64,000 nucleotides of DNA from a virus (Duplodnaviria; Caudoviricetes): IMG/VR virus record IMGVR_UViG_638275558_000001, positions 65,909-129,908 of that record; one strand, given 5' to 3'. The notes under the pieces were generated by a model that did not search any database, was not told the origin of the DNA, and saw only the letters and a list, made by a program, of their open reading frames with translations. Both the position numbers and the translations under genes were made by a program. Shown here piece after piece: positions 40,331 to 49,658 of this stretch. Numbering within the stretch: position 1 is the stretch's first letter; each line of letters begins with the position of its first letter.

Positions 40331-41455
40331 CTACGGTATTATAACCCCATCCACCGATATAGTTGTAATTGTGGCTGGTTTTATATACGGGTAACAGTCA
40401 TGAAATACTCTGTTTCTGATGTGGCGAATTTGTTCTTGTGTCATATCACCCGGTATTAGAGTGGAATTCAGATAGGCTGCATCTTTAGTTATTGCTATGT
40501 GATACAAAAGGGGCGCCATTTCACTGTAAGTGTGTGTATCTCTAAATATAAGTCTATTATTCAAATAAAATGAAACAGTAAGATCATTACTAAGAGGGTC
40601 CATTTCATAATGAAATTCATGGAACACAAAATAAGACCGGTTTGGATTATAAAATCCCCATTCAGATACTGTTATACTATGAGTTACTTTCTTTGTTAAA
40701 AATGGGGTAACTATAGTCGAATAAGTTACTCGAATACCCAGATTCCCGGAAGATAATGTAGAATAATATATTGAAATAATATTTTCACCACTTAAAATTC
40801 TACCTATGTAACTAACATCTACATTGAACACCGAAGAGTCATCTGCATAACCGTCAAGAAATATTGTCTGAAATAAATGGAATTTTTCTTTTTTACCATT
40901 TATAAAAAGTTCGATATTGTTTACAGTTCCCCAATAATCCAAATCGTAAAAAAGACTAAAAGAATAATTGGGGAAATGACTCTGATACGCCGCTTGACTA
41001 CCACCAGCATAGCTATCTGCAATATAAAATTGATTCCATCTACTTATAGCTCCATAATTGATATTTGCCCTGGCAATAAAAGCATTATGACCAAAATCAT
41101 AGAAAAAAGAAGAATTAAAAAACTTTGTTCTAACTGATTGGGTACCATTTATTCCATCTGTATATTCGGTTACTATATAATAGCCCGAACCCGTTTCAAT
41201 AGTGGGGTGATCTGTTTTGATTAAATAATATACATCTCTGACGCTCATACTCCCTTTATATCCCCCAGCTACCAGATATTGATTGGAAACTGAAACCGTC
41301 AACCAGTCGGGTAAAAAGGGTGTAACATCAACACCATTTATAGCCGAAACATAAGTGTTCAAGACACTGATGTTATCTTGATCCGGGTCAAATAACGAAA
41401 ATGAAATGGTAACATAGCCGTTTGCATCCGGGGTATATAAAATCTGGTATGCCAT
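40331..41455 (-). CDS. Ig-like N-terminal virion protein paralog
   Basis: SLFDPDQDNIS...LPDWLTV resembles the N-termini at 1659 and 6063. Confidence 0.65.
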   Translation of the reverse strand: MAYQILYTPDANGYVTISFSLFDPDQDNISVLNTYVSAINGVDVTPFLPDWLTVSVSNQYLVAGGYKGSMSVRDVYYLIKTDHPTIETGSGYYIVTEYTDGINGTQSVRTKFFNSSFFYDFGHNAFIARANINYGAISRWNQFYIADSYAGGSQAAYQSHFPNYSFSLFYDLDYWGTVNNIELFINGKKEKFHLFQTIFLDGYADDSSVFNVDVSYIGRILSGENIISIYYSTLSSGNLGIRVTYSTIVTPFLTKKVTHSITVSEWGFYNPNRSYFVFHEFHYEMDPLSNDLTVSFYLNNRLIFRDTHTYSEMAPLLYHIAITKDAAYLNSTLIPGDMTQEQIRHIRNRVFHDCYPYIKPATITTISVDGVIIP

Positions 41456-41479
41456 AACTTAAATGTTTTTTATTAAATA

Positions 41480-43018
41480 TTACAAGCTGTAAATGAAGAC
41501 TGCAGCCGCAACCGAAGAAGTAAACCTGTCAAGTCTGAACAATTCGTAAATAAATTTAATATTATCACTTCCGGCAACTCCGCTGTATGAAAACACCCCC
41601 TGTCTGCGTGTGATGATATTGTCGGTAAGCATATAAACATACATGCTGTTGGTAACATAAGGAGGGAAACCATCTGGATTGATCCAATTGACAACATAGC
41701 TATGGGTTTCTCCCGGAGCAATTGATGAAGAGGGATAAGTGTACACCGTAGAGTTAGTAACAAACTCAAAATAAGATGTACTGTTATACGTATCGGGTGT
41801 GGAACCGCTCAATGTATAAAATAGAGAAAAAGTGTTGTTAATATGAGACATAATTGAAAGGGTAAACGAAAATGTATACGGTTGTGTCGAAAGAGTCCCC
41901 ATTAAAGACGGATAATCAACAGATCGACTGCTCAGTATGTTGAATGACTTACCTTCATATAACAGCATATTGTACTTATACTTATGATAATAATATTTTC
42001 GAATCATAGAGACTGTAGGAGCCGGGAGAGAAGTACTAAAAACAGCGATTTCGTAAAATTTAAAAGCAGGGTCTCCAGCATGATCTCTGATAAGCAATCT
42101 GTTAATATCTCGCCTTGTGTCTGTATTATACTTTTCACCAACAAAAACTCCGTTGATATAAAATGATGTTGTAGAATTGTTATGAGACACTTCAAAAAGA
42201 AGAGGATAAGATAATACATCTGAGTAAGAAAACTCCAGACCATAGCCACTACACGTATATGCGGTGCTCCCAACAGAAGAACCGCTATCAAGACTGAAAA
42301 GCACTACATTTAGTTTATTGTTGTTGTTTACAAACCCTGTTCCTATAAAGCGGTTGTTGTCTGTACTGGTATTTAACATCATCACATCCATAAACTGGGA
42401 AATGCTATGTAGCATTGCAGGAGCAAAAACCATAAAAACATGGAATGGTGAATCTGGGTTATTGTCTAACAGATTAACACTAAATGTGTTGTTATAATTA
42501 TAACTATTTATATGGCTGGCAAGATAAGAATAGCCTTTGTCCCAGTAATAATGCCAACCTTGCCCTGTTGAATATAAAGATACATGGCGATTACCCGTTA
42601 AAGACGGTAAAACAGAAATGGTTGGGGTATATCCACTTTGTGTTATAGTTATATACTCGACACTCCAAATTTCACTTAAACTACTCAAAGAAACAATTTC
42701 AAAATTGGAAGTAAAAAGAGACAGATTATAAAACTTTACGTTATTATCAAAATACACATAAACACCCATATCATACACACTTTCAAGGGAAAAAGACGGG
42801 TGTGTATGGTCAAAAGATATTGTAACATCAATGACACTTCTGGTGCCGATGTAATATAAAGAACTGGTAACAACCGTAAACCAGGGCGGTGTAACAGAAA
42901 AAGATATATTATTTTCTTTCAATATGGAAGCACTTACTGAAAAGGGTATTCCATAATCATCTTTCACTGAAAAGGTGATAATGATGGAGTTACTGCTTAT
43001 TATGTAATCTCTGTTCAT
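41480..43018 (-). CDS. Ig-like plus LamG-like virion protein paralog
   Basis: FSVKDDYG...PPWFTV; FYINGV; EIAVFSTSL...IRKYYYHKY. Confidence 0.65.
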   Translation of the reverse strand: MNRDYIISSNSIIITFSVKDDYGIPFSVSASILKENNISFSVTPPWFTVVTSSLYYIGTRSVIDVTISFDHTHPSFSLESVYDMGVYVYFDNNVKFYNLSLFTSNFEIVSLSSLSEIWSVEYITITQSGYTPTISVLPSLTGNRHVSLYSTGQGWHYYWDKGYSYLASHINSYNYNNTFSVNLLDNNPDSPFHVFMVFAPAMLHSISQFMDVMMLNTSTDNNRFIGTGFVNNNNKLNVVLFSLDSGSSVGSTAYTCSGYGLEFSYSDVLSYPLLFEVSHNNSTTSFYINGVFVGEKYNTDTRRDINRLLIRDHAGDPAFKFYEIAVFSTSLPAPTVSMIRKYYYHKYKYNMLLYEGKSFNILSSRSVDYPSLMGTLSTQPYTFSFTLSIMSHINNTFSLFYTLSGSTPDTYNSTSYFEFVTNSTVYTYPSSSIAPGETHSYVVNWINPDGFPPYVTNSMYVYMLTDNIITRRQGVFSYSGVAGSDNIKFIYELFRLDRFTSSVAAAVFIYSL

Positions 43019-43026
43019 CTCATTCT

Positions 43027-45012
43027 TTAAAATTTAAACCTTAAATAATCAAGATCAACTTCGGGGGTTGTGGTTGGATAACTTTTATTGGCTGCTTTAA
43101 GCTCCCATTTAAACCCGGCATTAGAAAATGGTGGAACTTGAGAATATGTATCAAACGGATAATTTGCCGCCTTGAGTTCCCATTTAAACCCGGCATTAGA
43201 AAATGGTGGAACTTGAGAATATGTATCAAACGGATAATTTGCCGCCTTGAGTTCCCATTTAAACCCGGCATTAGAAAATGGTGGAACTTGAGAATATGTA
43301 TCATATGGTATTTCAGATGATACAAGTTGGGTGTTAAGAGCAGCGGAAGGGGTTAACCCTAAACTCTGGAAGGAATTTTTCATAGAAGAATTGCTATTAG
43401 TCAGATAAACGTTACTAACAGGCACATAATTTACCACCGGAGCAATCTGTCTGACAAATTTTGATACCGCTCCAATAAACGACACGCTTACACTCGATTT
43501 GGGAGATTTGAAAAGTCCCCATGCACTTCCGGTTACCGCTGAAAAGAAAAGGAGATTGACCGGCTCATTCCAGACGTTTTCCCAATCGACTTCCAGCGCA
43601 CCCATTTGAGGAGATGAGTAGAAAGTCAGATTGTTACCCGTACTTTTGAGAACAACGTTTGCTCCGGATGACGTCAGATAGAAATACTGAGTAGATGTAG
43701 AGACATATACTGAGAAGTAAGAAAGATAACTTACCGTCAGAAATCCTGAATTAATTGGGTTGAAGAAATAGGGTGATGTGGTTGTATAACTGGCATATTT
43801 CAAATAAGGTGTATTATCCGTGTAATACAGAACACTTGTCGAATAATTCAAATCCATGAAAATGCTTGCCGTTCCGAAAAAGTCGGAGAAGGTGACTAAA
43901 TAGGGTGATTTCCGAACCATGTATGTTCCATTATCAGCCGAAACGATAAAAACAGATTTTGTTATATCGTAAAGTAATGCGTTGAATGTGGTGCTACCCT
44001 GATTGGAAAATGTTATATAATCTTCAATATATCCGCCGCCAAGGAAAAGACGTTTGATTGAGACGGTTTCGGTGCTGGATGTCGTGTAATAATCCAACCA
44101 GAACACATCATATCCCCATGCAGCTACCCCACCGTATTGAATGCTGGTGGTGGTAACCTGTTTATAACTTCCACTGGAATCCAGGAGTCCCACTTCTCCG
44201 GAAGATCCATCGTGCAGATTGAGAAAGAGTGCGGGAGATTGATCGTAAAAGAATCCAAGCGATACGATTATATCCGAAGGGGTAGTAATATCCGGGAAGT
44301 AAAGAGAGATATTCGGGTCTGTAGTTGTAATGTTCGGGAAATACAGTTCTATATTAACGTCGGATGTAGTAATCGGAGGCGGTTCACTTGGGGATGGGGG
44401 CGGAGGAGGAACATACGAATAAGAGGGGATCAGAATCTTCTGCACGAAAACATAAGCTTCATCCAGCTTGATCGGTTGAGAAAACTTCGATACAAACACC
44501 ACGTCCCCATTCTGATTCATTCCATAGATTCCGCTGACATAAGGAGAAACCCCCGGAACAGCCGTGGGATTGGTGGTAAAGTTTTTGGCTACAAATTCGG
44601 CAACGAGAAGCTTCAGAGGCTGCAATTCATAAAGCGTAAGGGTAAAGAAAAGCGGGGAAATAGCCGGTACTTTCTTTCCCACAACCACAAACGATTCATT
44701 TCGAACAAGGATAAAATCCGGGTGATCATAATAACTGTCATTCACAAGCGAGATAGGATTTCCTCCATACGTAATGGAATGTATGTGATAGTACTGTCGC
44801 TTGATTCTCACAATTTCAAAAGTGAGCGCATCAAAATCGATATTCAGCTTACGAAAAAGATCGATAAAAAGCGCACGAATCTGAGCTTTGAGTTGATCAT
44901 CCGGGGCAATTTCCAGTTTTATATTATCATTTTCGTAGCTACCGGGAGAAGGGAAACCAACAACTTCGGTGAATACTTTTATATCGGTTTTATAAAAATC
45001 CTTCGCTCTCAT
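43027..45012 (-). CDS. Putative tail/baseplate protein with Pro-rich linker and C-terminal repeats
   Basis: 661 aa; YVSGIYGMNQNGDVVFVSKFSQP resembles the C-terminus of 50368; PPPPPPSPSEPPP linker. Confidence 0.65.
   Translation of the reverse strand: MRAKDFYKTDIKVFTEVVGFPSPGSYENDNIKLEIAPDDQLKAQIRALFIDLFRKLNIDFDALTFEIVRIKRQYYHIHSITYGGNPISLVNDSYYDHPDFILVRNESFVVVGKKVPAISPLFFTLTLYELQPLKLLVAEFVAKNFTTNPTAVPGVSPYVSGIYGMNQNGDVVFVSKFSQPIKLDEAYVFVQKILIPSYSYVPPPPPSPSEPPPITTSDVNIELYFPNITTTDPNISLYFPDITTPSDIIVSLGFFYDQSPALFLNLHDGSSGEVGLLDSSGSYKQVTTTSIQYGGVAAWGYDVFWLDYYTTSSTETVSIKRLFLGGGYIEDYITFSNQGSTTFNALLYDITKSVFIVSADNGTYMVRKSPYLVTFSDFFGTASIFMDLNYSTSVLYYTDNTPYLKYASYTTTSPYFFNPINSGFLTVSYLSYFSVYVSTSTQYFYLTSSGANVVLKSTGNNLTFYSSPQMGALEVDWENVWNEPVNLLFFSAVTGSAWGLFKSPKSSVSVSFIGAVSKFVRQIAPVVNYVPVSNVYLTNSNSSMKNSFQSLGLTPSAALNTQLVSSEIPYDTYSQVPPFSNAGFKWELKAANYPFDTYSQVPPFSNAGFKWELKAANYPFDTYSQVPPFSNAGFKWELKAANKSYPTTTPEVDLDYLRFKF
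43089..43303 (-). repeat. 75-bp (25-aa) near-perfect tandem repeat, about 3 copies
   Basis: cccatttaaacccggcattagaaaatggtggaacttgagaatatgtatca at 43104, 43179 and 43254; encodes DTYSQVPPFSNAGFKWELKAAN. Confidence 0.95.
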
Positions 45013-45061
45013 TTTATACTTGATGTTCTTCTCTATTAAATAAGAAAAGTTTATTCAGGGG

Positions 45062-45826
45062 CTACCTTTGATAATATTCCCTGTACACCCAGCCGGTAAA
45101 CCCAAGGTCCAGAAGTTTGGGAATATCCCCTTCTCTTCCCCACTGCTTTTTCTGAAATACATCCCCCACGTTCAGATCAAAACTCATAACCGGATCCTGT
45201 AAATCTTCAATGTAACGGCTGGCGAAACCGTTATCTCTGATCCTCAAAATTTCTTCATCGGTTATCTGATCATGAGGAAGATCATAAAGCTCTATCAGCT
45301 TACGACAGGATTGAATATAGCGGTTATCTTCATAAAAATTAGGCGGATGTGGGTTAATCCAGCCGGATAAAATATCGGAATAAACCTTACCGGCAATCAG
45401 TTCGTGAGCTTTGTTTTTCATATCGGGTTCGAGAATATCCAGAAGTATATAAAGCTCTTGATAGGTTTTAACCGGCTCATAATACCTGAGTATGGAAGCG
45501 ATCGCCATTCTGGTTTTTGTGTTCTCATAAAAAGCATGGAGTTCCGGTAGAATATACTCCGCCGAAGAATGTCTTATTATATCCACTTCCGCCATATTCT
45601 GAGCCATACCCTTTTGATTGTATGCAATTTTTATAACATAAGGAGTTCCAACTATGCGATAAACCTTACGAGAAGAACCACCTCCTATATACTCCACAGA
45701 AGGCAATTCATCCATCAAAGCTTTAAGTGCTCTGAAGGAAAGATGATTGTTCAGCAACTCTTCAAAATACTCAAATAAATCCTGATCTAACGATATGTTG
45801 TAACCGTAAACAATTTTCTCTTTCAT
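45062..45826 (-). CDS. Protein-kinase-like fold protein
   Basis: GGGSSRKVY Gly loop, VIKIA, NMAE, GD...WG and LLDLG. Confidence 0.7.
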   Translation of the reverse strand: MKEKIVYGYNISLDQDLFEYFEELLNNHLSFRALKALMDELPSVEYIGGGSSRKVYRIVGTPYVIKIAYNQKGMAQNMAEVDIIRHSSAEYILPELHAFYENTKTRMAIASILRYYEPVKTYQELYILLDILEPDMKNKAHELIAGKVYSDILSGWINPHPPNFYEDNRYIQSCRKLIELYDLPHDQITDEEILRIRDNGFASRYIEDLQDPVMSFDLNVGDVFQKKQWGREGDIPKLLDLGFTGWVYREYYQR

Positions 45827-46035
45827 TACTTCTTCTTATTGTTTTTCTCCGTTCGCTTAAGATAAGCGCGAGCCGATTTGAAAACCCGTTTATTACTGGT
45901 ATTTGCTGCAAAATTGATCATTTTCATAGCCCGATCTCTACCCACTTTTCTGATAAGGGCACGCGCCAGCGATTCACCCGACTTGTACACATCATCAATA
46001 TCTTTGTCTTTGGGGATTCCAAGCACTTCATGCAT
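45826..46035 (-). CDS. Basic helical domain, in frame with and paralogous to the C-terminus of 46069-46746
   Basis: MHEVLGIPKDKDI...FAAN versus MKEVLGIPEDEDI...FAAN. Confidence 0.65.
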   Translation of the reverse strand: MHEVLGIPKDKDIDDVYKSGESLARALIRKVGRDRAMKMINFAANTSNKRVFKSARAYLKRTEKNNKKK

Positions 46036-46068
46036 TTTCCCGCGCTTGACTTTACCGCTTTTGAATGC

Positions 46069-46746
46069 TTATTGAATCCACTTTTCTTCCTTTTTAGCCT
46101 CAGCCAGTTTACGTTTCTTGAGTTCCTTGATATACTTCAGAGCGCGGTCATAAATATTGTGTTCAGGGTTGACGTTGGCGGCAAAAACCAACATCCCCAC
46201 GGCTTCTTTGTACGAAACTTTCTTCAGGAGATCACGCACCAATTTGCGGTGATCTTTGTAATGATCGACAATATCTTCATCTTCGGGGATTCCAAGCACT
46301 TCCTTCATGTGCCCGGCTTCACGCTTGACCTTGCTCACCCAGTCTTTTTCCCGCGCTTCTGCAACGGTTTCCCCACCTTCATCCAGAAGTGCAATAGCTT
46401 CCGTATAGAAGAAAGAATCCCCCTCCGTTTCTTCCAGAACGCGCAACGCTTCTTTCAGAAGCTCCTTGTGTTCAATATGCATACGCTTTGCCATTTTCAA
46501 CAAATCTTTGACAAAAGACCGGGCATCATAACCGTAATACTTGGCGACAGAAACGACGGAAGGAACTCCAAGATACTTACGCAACTTCATTGCTATGCGT
46601 TCAGCCGTTGCCTCTGGATTACCCATCTTTTGAATGAGTTCTTCGCGGGTGACATTTTCGGTCAGCAGTTTCTGGCGAAATTCGTTAAGCTTGGTTCTGG
46701 TCTCCTGCAAAAGCCGCGCAACACGGAGAATTTCCTTTCGGTTCAT
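46069..46746 (-). CDS. Putative internal head protein
   Basis: 225 aa with repeated LxE(A/T/N) sites; late-type motif upstream. Confidence 0.6.
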   Translation of the reverse strand: MNRKEILRVARLLQETRTKLNEFRQKLLTENVTREELIQKMGNPEATAERIAMKLRKYLGVPSVVSVAKYYGYDARSFVKDLLKMAKRMHIEHKELLKEALRVLEETEGDSFFYTEAIALLDEGGETVAEAREKDWVSKVKREAGHMKEVLGIPEDEDIVDHYKDHRKLVRDLLKKVSYKEAVGMLVFAANVNPEHNIYDRALKYIKELKKRKLAEAKKEEKWIQ

Positions 46747-46790
46747 ATCTTATTCTCCTTTTCTTTTAATTAAAGAAAAATAAAGACTCT

Positions 46791-47087
46791 ATGAAAACAG
46801 AAGACAGAAAAAAACTTGCTCAGGAAATCCTCGACAAAATCGTAAACAAAGCCATGCAGCTTGAAACGTTGATTGACGATGAATACAACTATCTCAACAG
46901 AACCAGTGTGCTGGTTGAAGAGGAGAGCAATCTGATGTCGGCAAAGGCTCGAATGCTTGAGCTACATATTAAGATTCTCGACACGCTGCAGAAAGTGTAT
47001 AAAGATCTGAAAGAAGGGATTCAGGAAGAAGACGAAACGGAAAAGATTCTCATGGAGATTATCAATCAGAGCAAGGCTAACCTGTGA
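46791..47087 (+). CDS. Small coiled-coil protein (weak resemblance to T4 gp16 small terminase)
   Basis: 98 aa; ARMLELHIKILDTLQKVYKDL helix; TTAATTAAAGAAAAA upstream. Confidence 0.4.
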   Translation: MKTEDRKKLAQEILDKIVNKAMQLETLIDDEYNYLNRTSVLVEEESNLMSAKARMLELHIKILDTLQKVYKDLKEGIQEEDETEKILMEIINQSKANL

Positions 47088-48228
47088 AAACAGGTAGTTC
47101 ATTCAATTTTTTAGCTATATTGATTCCCTGAGCTATCACCTGATCCATGTTGTAATAGTTATAAGTAGCCAGTCTACCCACCAGTATAATCCCATGGCAC
47201 TCCAGTTCGTTCTTCATAGAAGCCGCCTTTTCTCTGTAGGTTTTCTTGTTAATCGGATAGGCTTTGAACGAATTTTCCTGAGGATGTTGAGAGGGATACT
47301 CTATGGTATAAACCCTGTCAAGATTCAGCCTGGAGTGATCGATAACGCGGGTAAAGGGTTCTCTATCAGAGGAAAGATGAAATCCGATGGATTCGAGCGT
47401 ACTCCACTCTTTCAGTTTGCGAAGCACATAGGGATCGGAAGATATACCTTCAAGTTTTTCTCTGGTTTCAATTCTGAGATGAATGTAAGGGAGATGTTCT
47501 TCTTTACCTGTTACTCTCTGGTAAAGCCTATCAAGGTCCCCGGTATAAATAAAAGGGTTATTTTTTATGTCGTTTAGATGATCAAGCGCGTCTTCGGAAT
47601 AAACTATATTGACTACCGGCACATAATTTCTGATATAATCAATCATCCGTATAATCATTTTCCAGTAACCATCAACCGGGAGCGCCACCATTTTATCGTC
47701 AAAATAAGAGTGATATCTTTTCCAGTCGGTAAAGAAGGGAACGCGGGAAGCTACCGTTTTTACCATCTCTTCATCCCAGTAATCTCCCCACACCTTTTTT
47801 GAGTAAGGGGCATACCAGTTTTCATAGACGAAAGATTTAAGCGGTTCCGGGAGATTGCCTACCGGAATTTTTCTGTTAAGAAGTTCTTCTTCCAGCTCAA
47901 TTTCTCCAAGATACAGCCGCACCCAGAAAAGAGATGAAGGAATAAATGAACATATATCATTTTCGGTAACAGCATAGGCATTGTAACTGATAGAGTAAAA
48001 GGAAGAGAATCGCGACACAAATTTGATCACTTCGGGGGAATTGGTATGAAAGATATGAACCCCGTATCGGTGATATTTTTTCCCCCGGTCAAAATCCCAG
48101 ACGTTCCCACCGGGGTGGTTGCGCTTTTCAAAAAAAGTAATCTCTTCAAATCTGAAGCCACGATCAAGGAGAGAAATAACGGTGCTGAGTGCCGCAAGAC
48201 CTGTTCCCCCTACAAACAACCGTTTCAT
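47077..48228 (-). CDS. glf: UDP-galactopyranose mutase (start revised to MKRLFVGG)
   Basis: FAD-binding start, EKRNHPGGN, YGVHIFHT, YFDD and GRLATYNYYNMDQ motifs; ATGA overlap with upstream gene. Confidence 0.9.
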   Translation of the reverse strand: MKRLFVGGTGLAALSTVISLLDRGFRFEEITFFEKRNHPGGNVWDFDRGKKYHRYGVHIFHTNSPEVIKFVSRFSSFYSISYNAYAVTENDICSFIPSSLFWVRLYLGEIELEEELLNRKIPVGNLPEPLKSFVYENWYAPYSKKVWGDYWDEEMVKTVASRVPFFTDWKRYHSYFDDKMVALPVDGYWKMIIRMIDYIRNYVPVVNIVYSEDALDHLNDIKNNPFIYTGDLDRLYQRVTGKEEHLPYIHLRIETREKLEGISSDPYVLRKLKEWSTLESIGFHLSSDREPFTRVIDHSRLNLDRVYTIEYPSQHPQENSFKAYPINKKTYREKAASMKNELECHGIILVGRLATYNYYNMDQVIAQGINIAKKLNELPVFTG

Positions 48229-49274
48229 AATTTTCTGACCTCCGGGTCTCTTAGCACTTGAGGAAACATACCCTGTACCTGCTTTCCGACAAAATAATCC
48301 ATGTTGACGCGCCGAACGGAGAATATCCGAGAAGGTCTGTACATATGTGCGTGAGATAAATACGGAAGCGTGGCATATCTCCACTTGAACGCATGTGCCA
48401 CATGGATTAAAAAAGTTTCCGTGTGGGTTGGAAGATAATCGTAATACTTTCTCAGAGATTCGAGATAATACCTGTTAATAACGTGCCCCCCGTCAAGATG
48501 CATGAAAACGCCGCGCTTGTGCAGTTTGTTTGAAGTGAAATAATTGTAGACATAATCGGCATATTCATTAAAAAGCTTTACATCGAAATAATCGAGAAAA
48601 TGTTCTTCTCTGATAACAATCTCTCTCCAGTCTTTTTTTGCGAAAGTCTCCACATAACATGCGGCGGCGTAAATGTAATATCCCTCAGGGGTTTTTAACC
48701 TTTCATCGGCAAGATGATCGGGAAGCTCAATTCGCTCATACGGATCTTTGAAAGGTGTTTCGTTTTGATAGGGAACAACCCCGTAAGGTTCTACCATGTT
48801 GGAGCAAATCATAAAATATTTATCGAAACACCCCTCCTCGAATGCTTTATCCAACCCTTTCAGATATGCCGGGGGAATATAAACATCGTCGTGCACAAAC
48901 ACCCCGGCTTCTACACCAAGAAGACCAAGTGCGTCAATAAATGCAGCAAACTGAGAGTACTGAATTTCATCTACAAGAAAAACATTAAGTTTGTGATGTT
49001 CCAGTTGATTTTTAAGCCACGATCTCCAAACTTCTTTATCTTTTACCGGTTGAAGGTTGAAATGCTGGAGCAATTTATAATCCGGGTGAAAGCGCATTTC
49101 CGGATAAACAAAAATATAAAAATAATCCCGAAGGTGTGAAATGTGTGGGTAAATATTTTTAAGCCACACTTCGGGAATTTCCCCGAGCGTTATCATTACA
49201 AAGGCGATTTCCCCGCGATAAAAAGAAGGGTTCGGGGAAGAAGAAATCTTCTCAACCTTCATTGTTTTCCGCAA
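48225..49274 (-). CDS. Putative GT-A fold glycosyltransferase
   Basis: FVHDDVY DxD-like motif; translationally coupled to glf. Confidence 0.6.
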   Translation of the reverse strand: MRKTMKVEKISSSPNPSFYRGEIAFVMITLGEIPEVWLKNIYPHISHLRDYFYIFVYPEMRFHPDYKLLQHFNLQPVKDKEVWRSWLKNQLEHHKLNVFLVDEIQYSQFAAFIDALGLLGVEAGVFVHDDVYIPPAYLKGLDKAFEEGCFDKYFMICSNMVEPYGVVPYQNETPFKDPYERIELPDHLADERLKTPEGYYIYAAACYVETFAKKDWREIVIREEHFLDYFDVKLFNEYADYVYNYFTSNKLHKRGVFMHLDGGHVINRYYLESLRKYYDYLPTHTETFLIHVAHAFKWRYATLPYLSHAHMYRPSRIFSVRRVNMDYFVGKQVQGMFPQVLRDPEVRKL

Positions 49275-49617
49275 TTTTAATTACAACCCGGTTTTCTTCA
49301 AAGTTAAGCTCGAATTCCTTTTCCGACGCATTGATTCCAAGTTCTTCCAGTTCCTTTTGAAGTTCCCCCATGATCTTCATGCGCTCCCGCTTGGCTTTAA
49401 GCGCATGCTCGAATACGTTCACATCGCCTTCATCGACGATTTCCACCAGCATATCAAAGACAAGCACCGCCATTTCAATGTAGGCGTTGCGGAGTTGCAT
49501 TTCACGAAGTGCAAGGGATTTGAGCTGGTCAACCTTCTCTTTGTCTTCTACGACAATGGTATTTTCAGAGCGTGTAACGGTAGGTTCACCCACTTTAATG
49601 AAATCTTTCCCTTTCAT
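49252..49617 (-). CDS. Hypothetical coiled-coil protein
   Basis: Probable start at gccATG 49617. Confidence 0.6.
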   Translation of the reverse strand: MKGKDFIKVGEPTVTRSENTIVVEDKEKVDQLKSLALREMQLRNAYIEMAVLVFDMLVEIVDEGDVNVFEHALKAKRERMKIMGELQKELEELGINASEKEFELNFEENRVVIKIAENNEG

Positions 49618-49658
49618 GGCTTTTTTTGATGAAAAAACGATCGGGTTCAAGAAAGGTT

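Noticed and set aside
43089-43303. Repeats as a CRISPR array or DGR template/variable pair
   Set aside because: Head-to-tail in-frame coding repeats with no unique spacers, no adenine-specific divergence, and no cas or reverse transcriptase gene in the window.
48229-48384. 52-aa N-terminal extension of Glf
   Set aside because: Overlaps the glycosyltransferase; the FAD-binding start at 48228 has an ATGA overlap.
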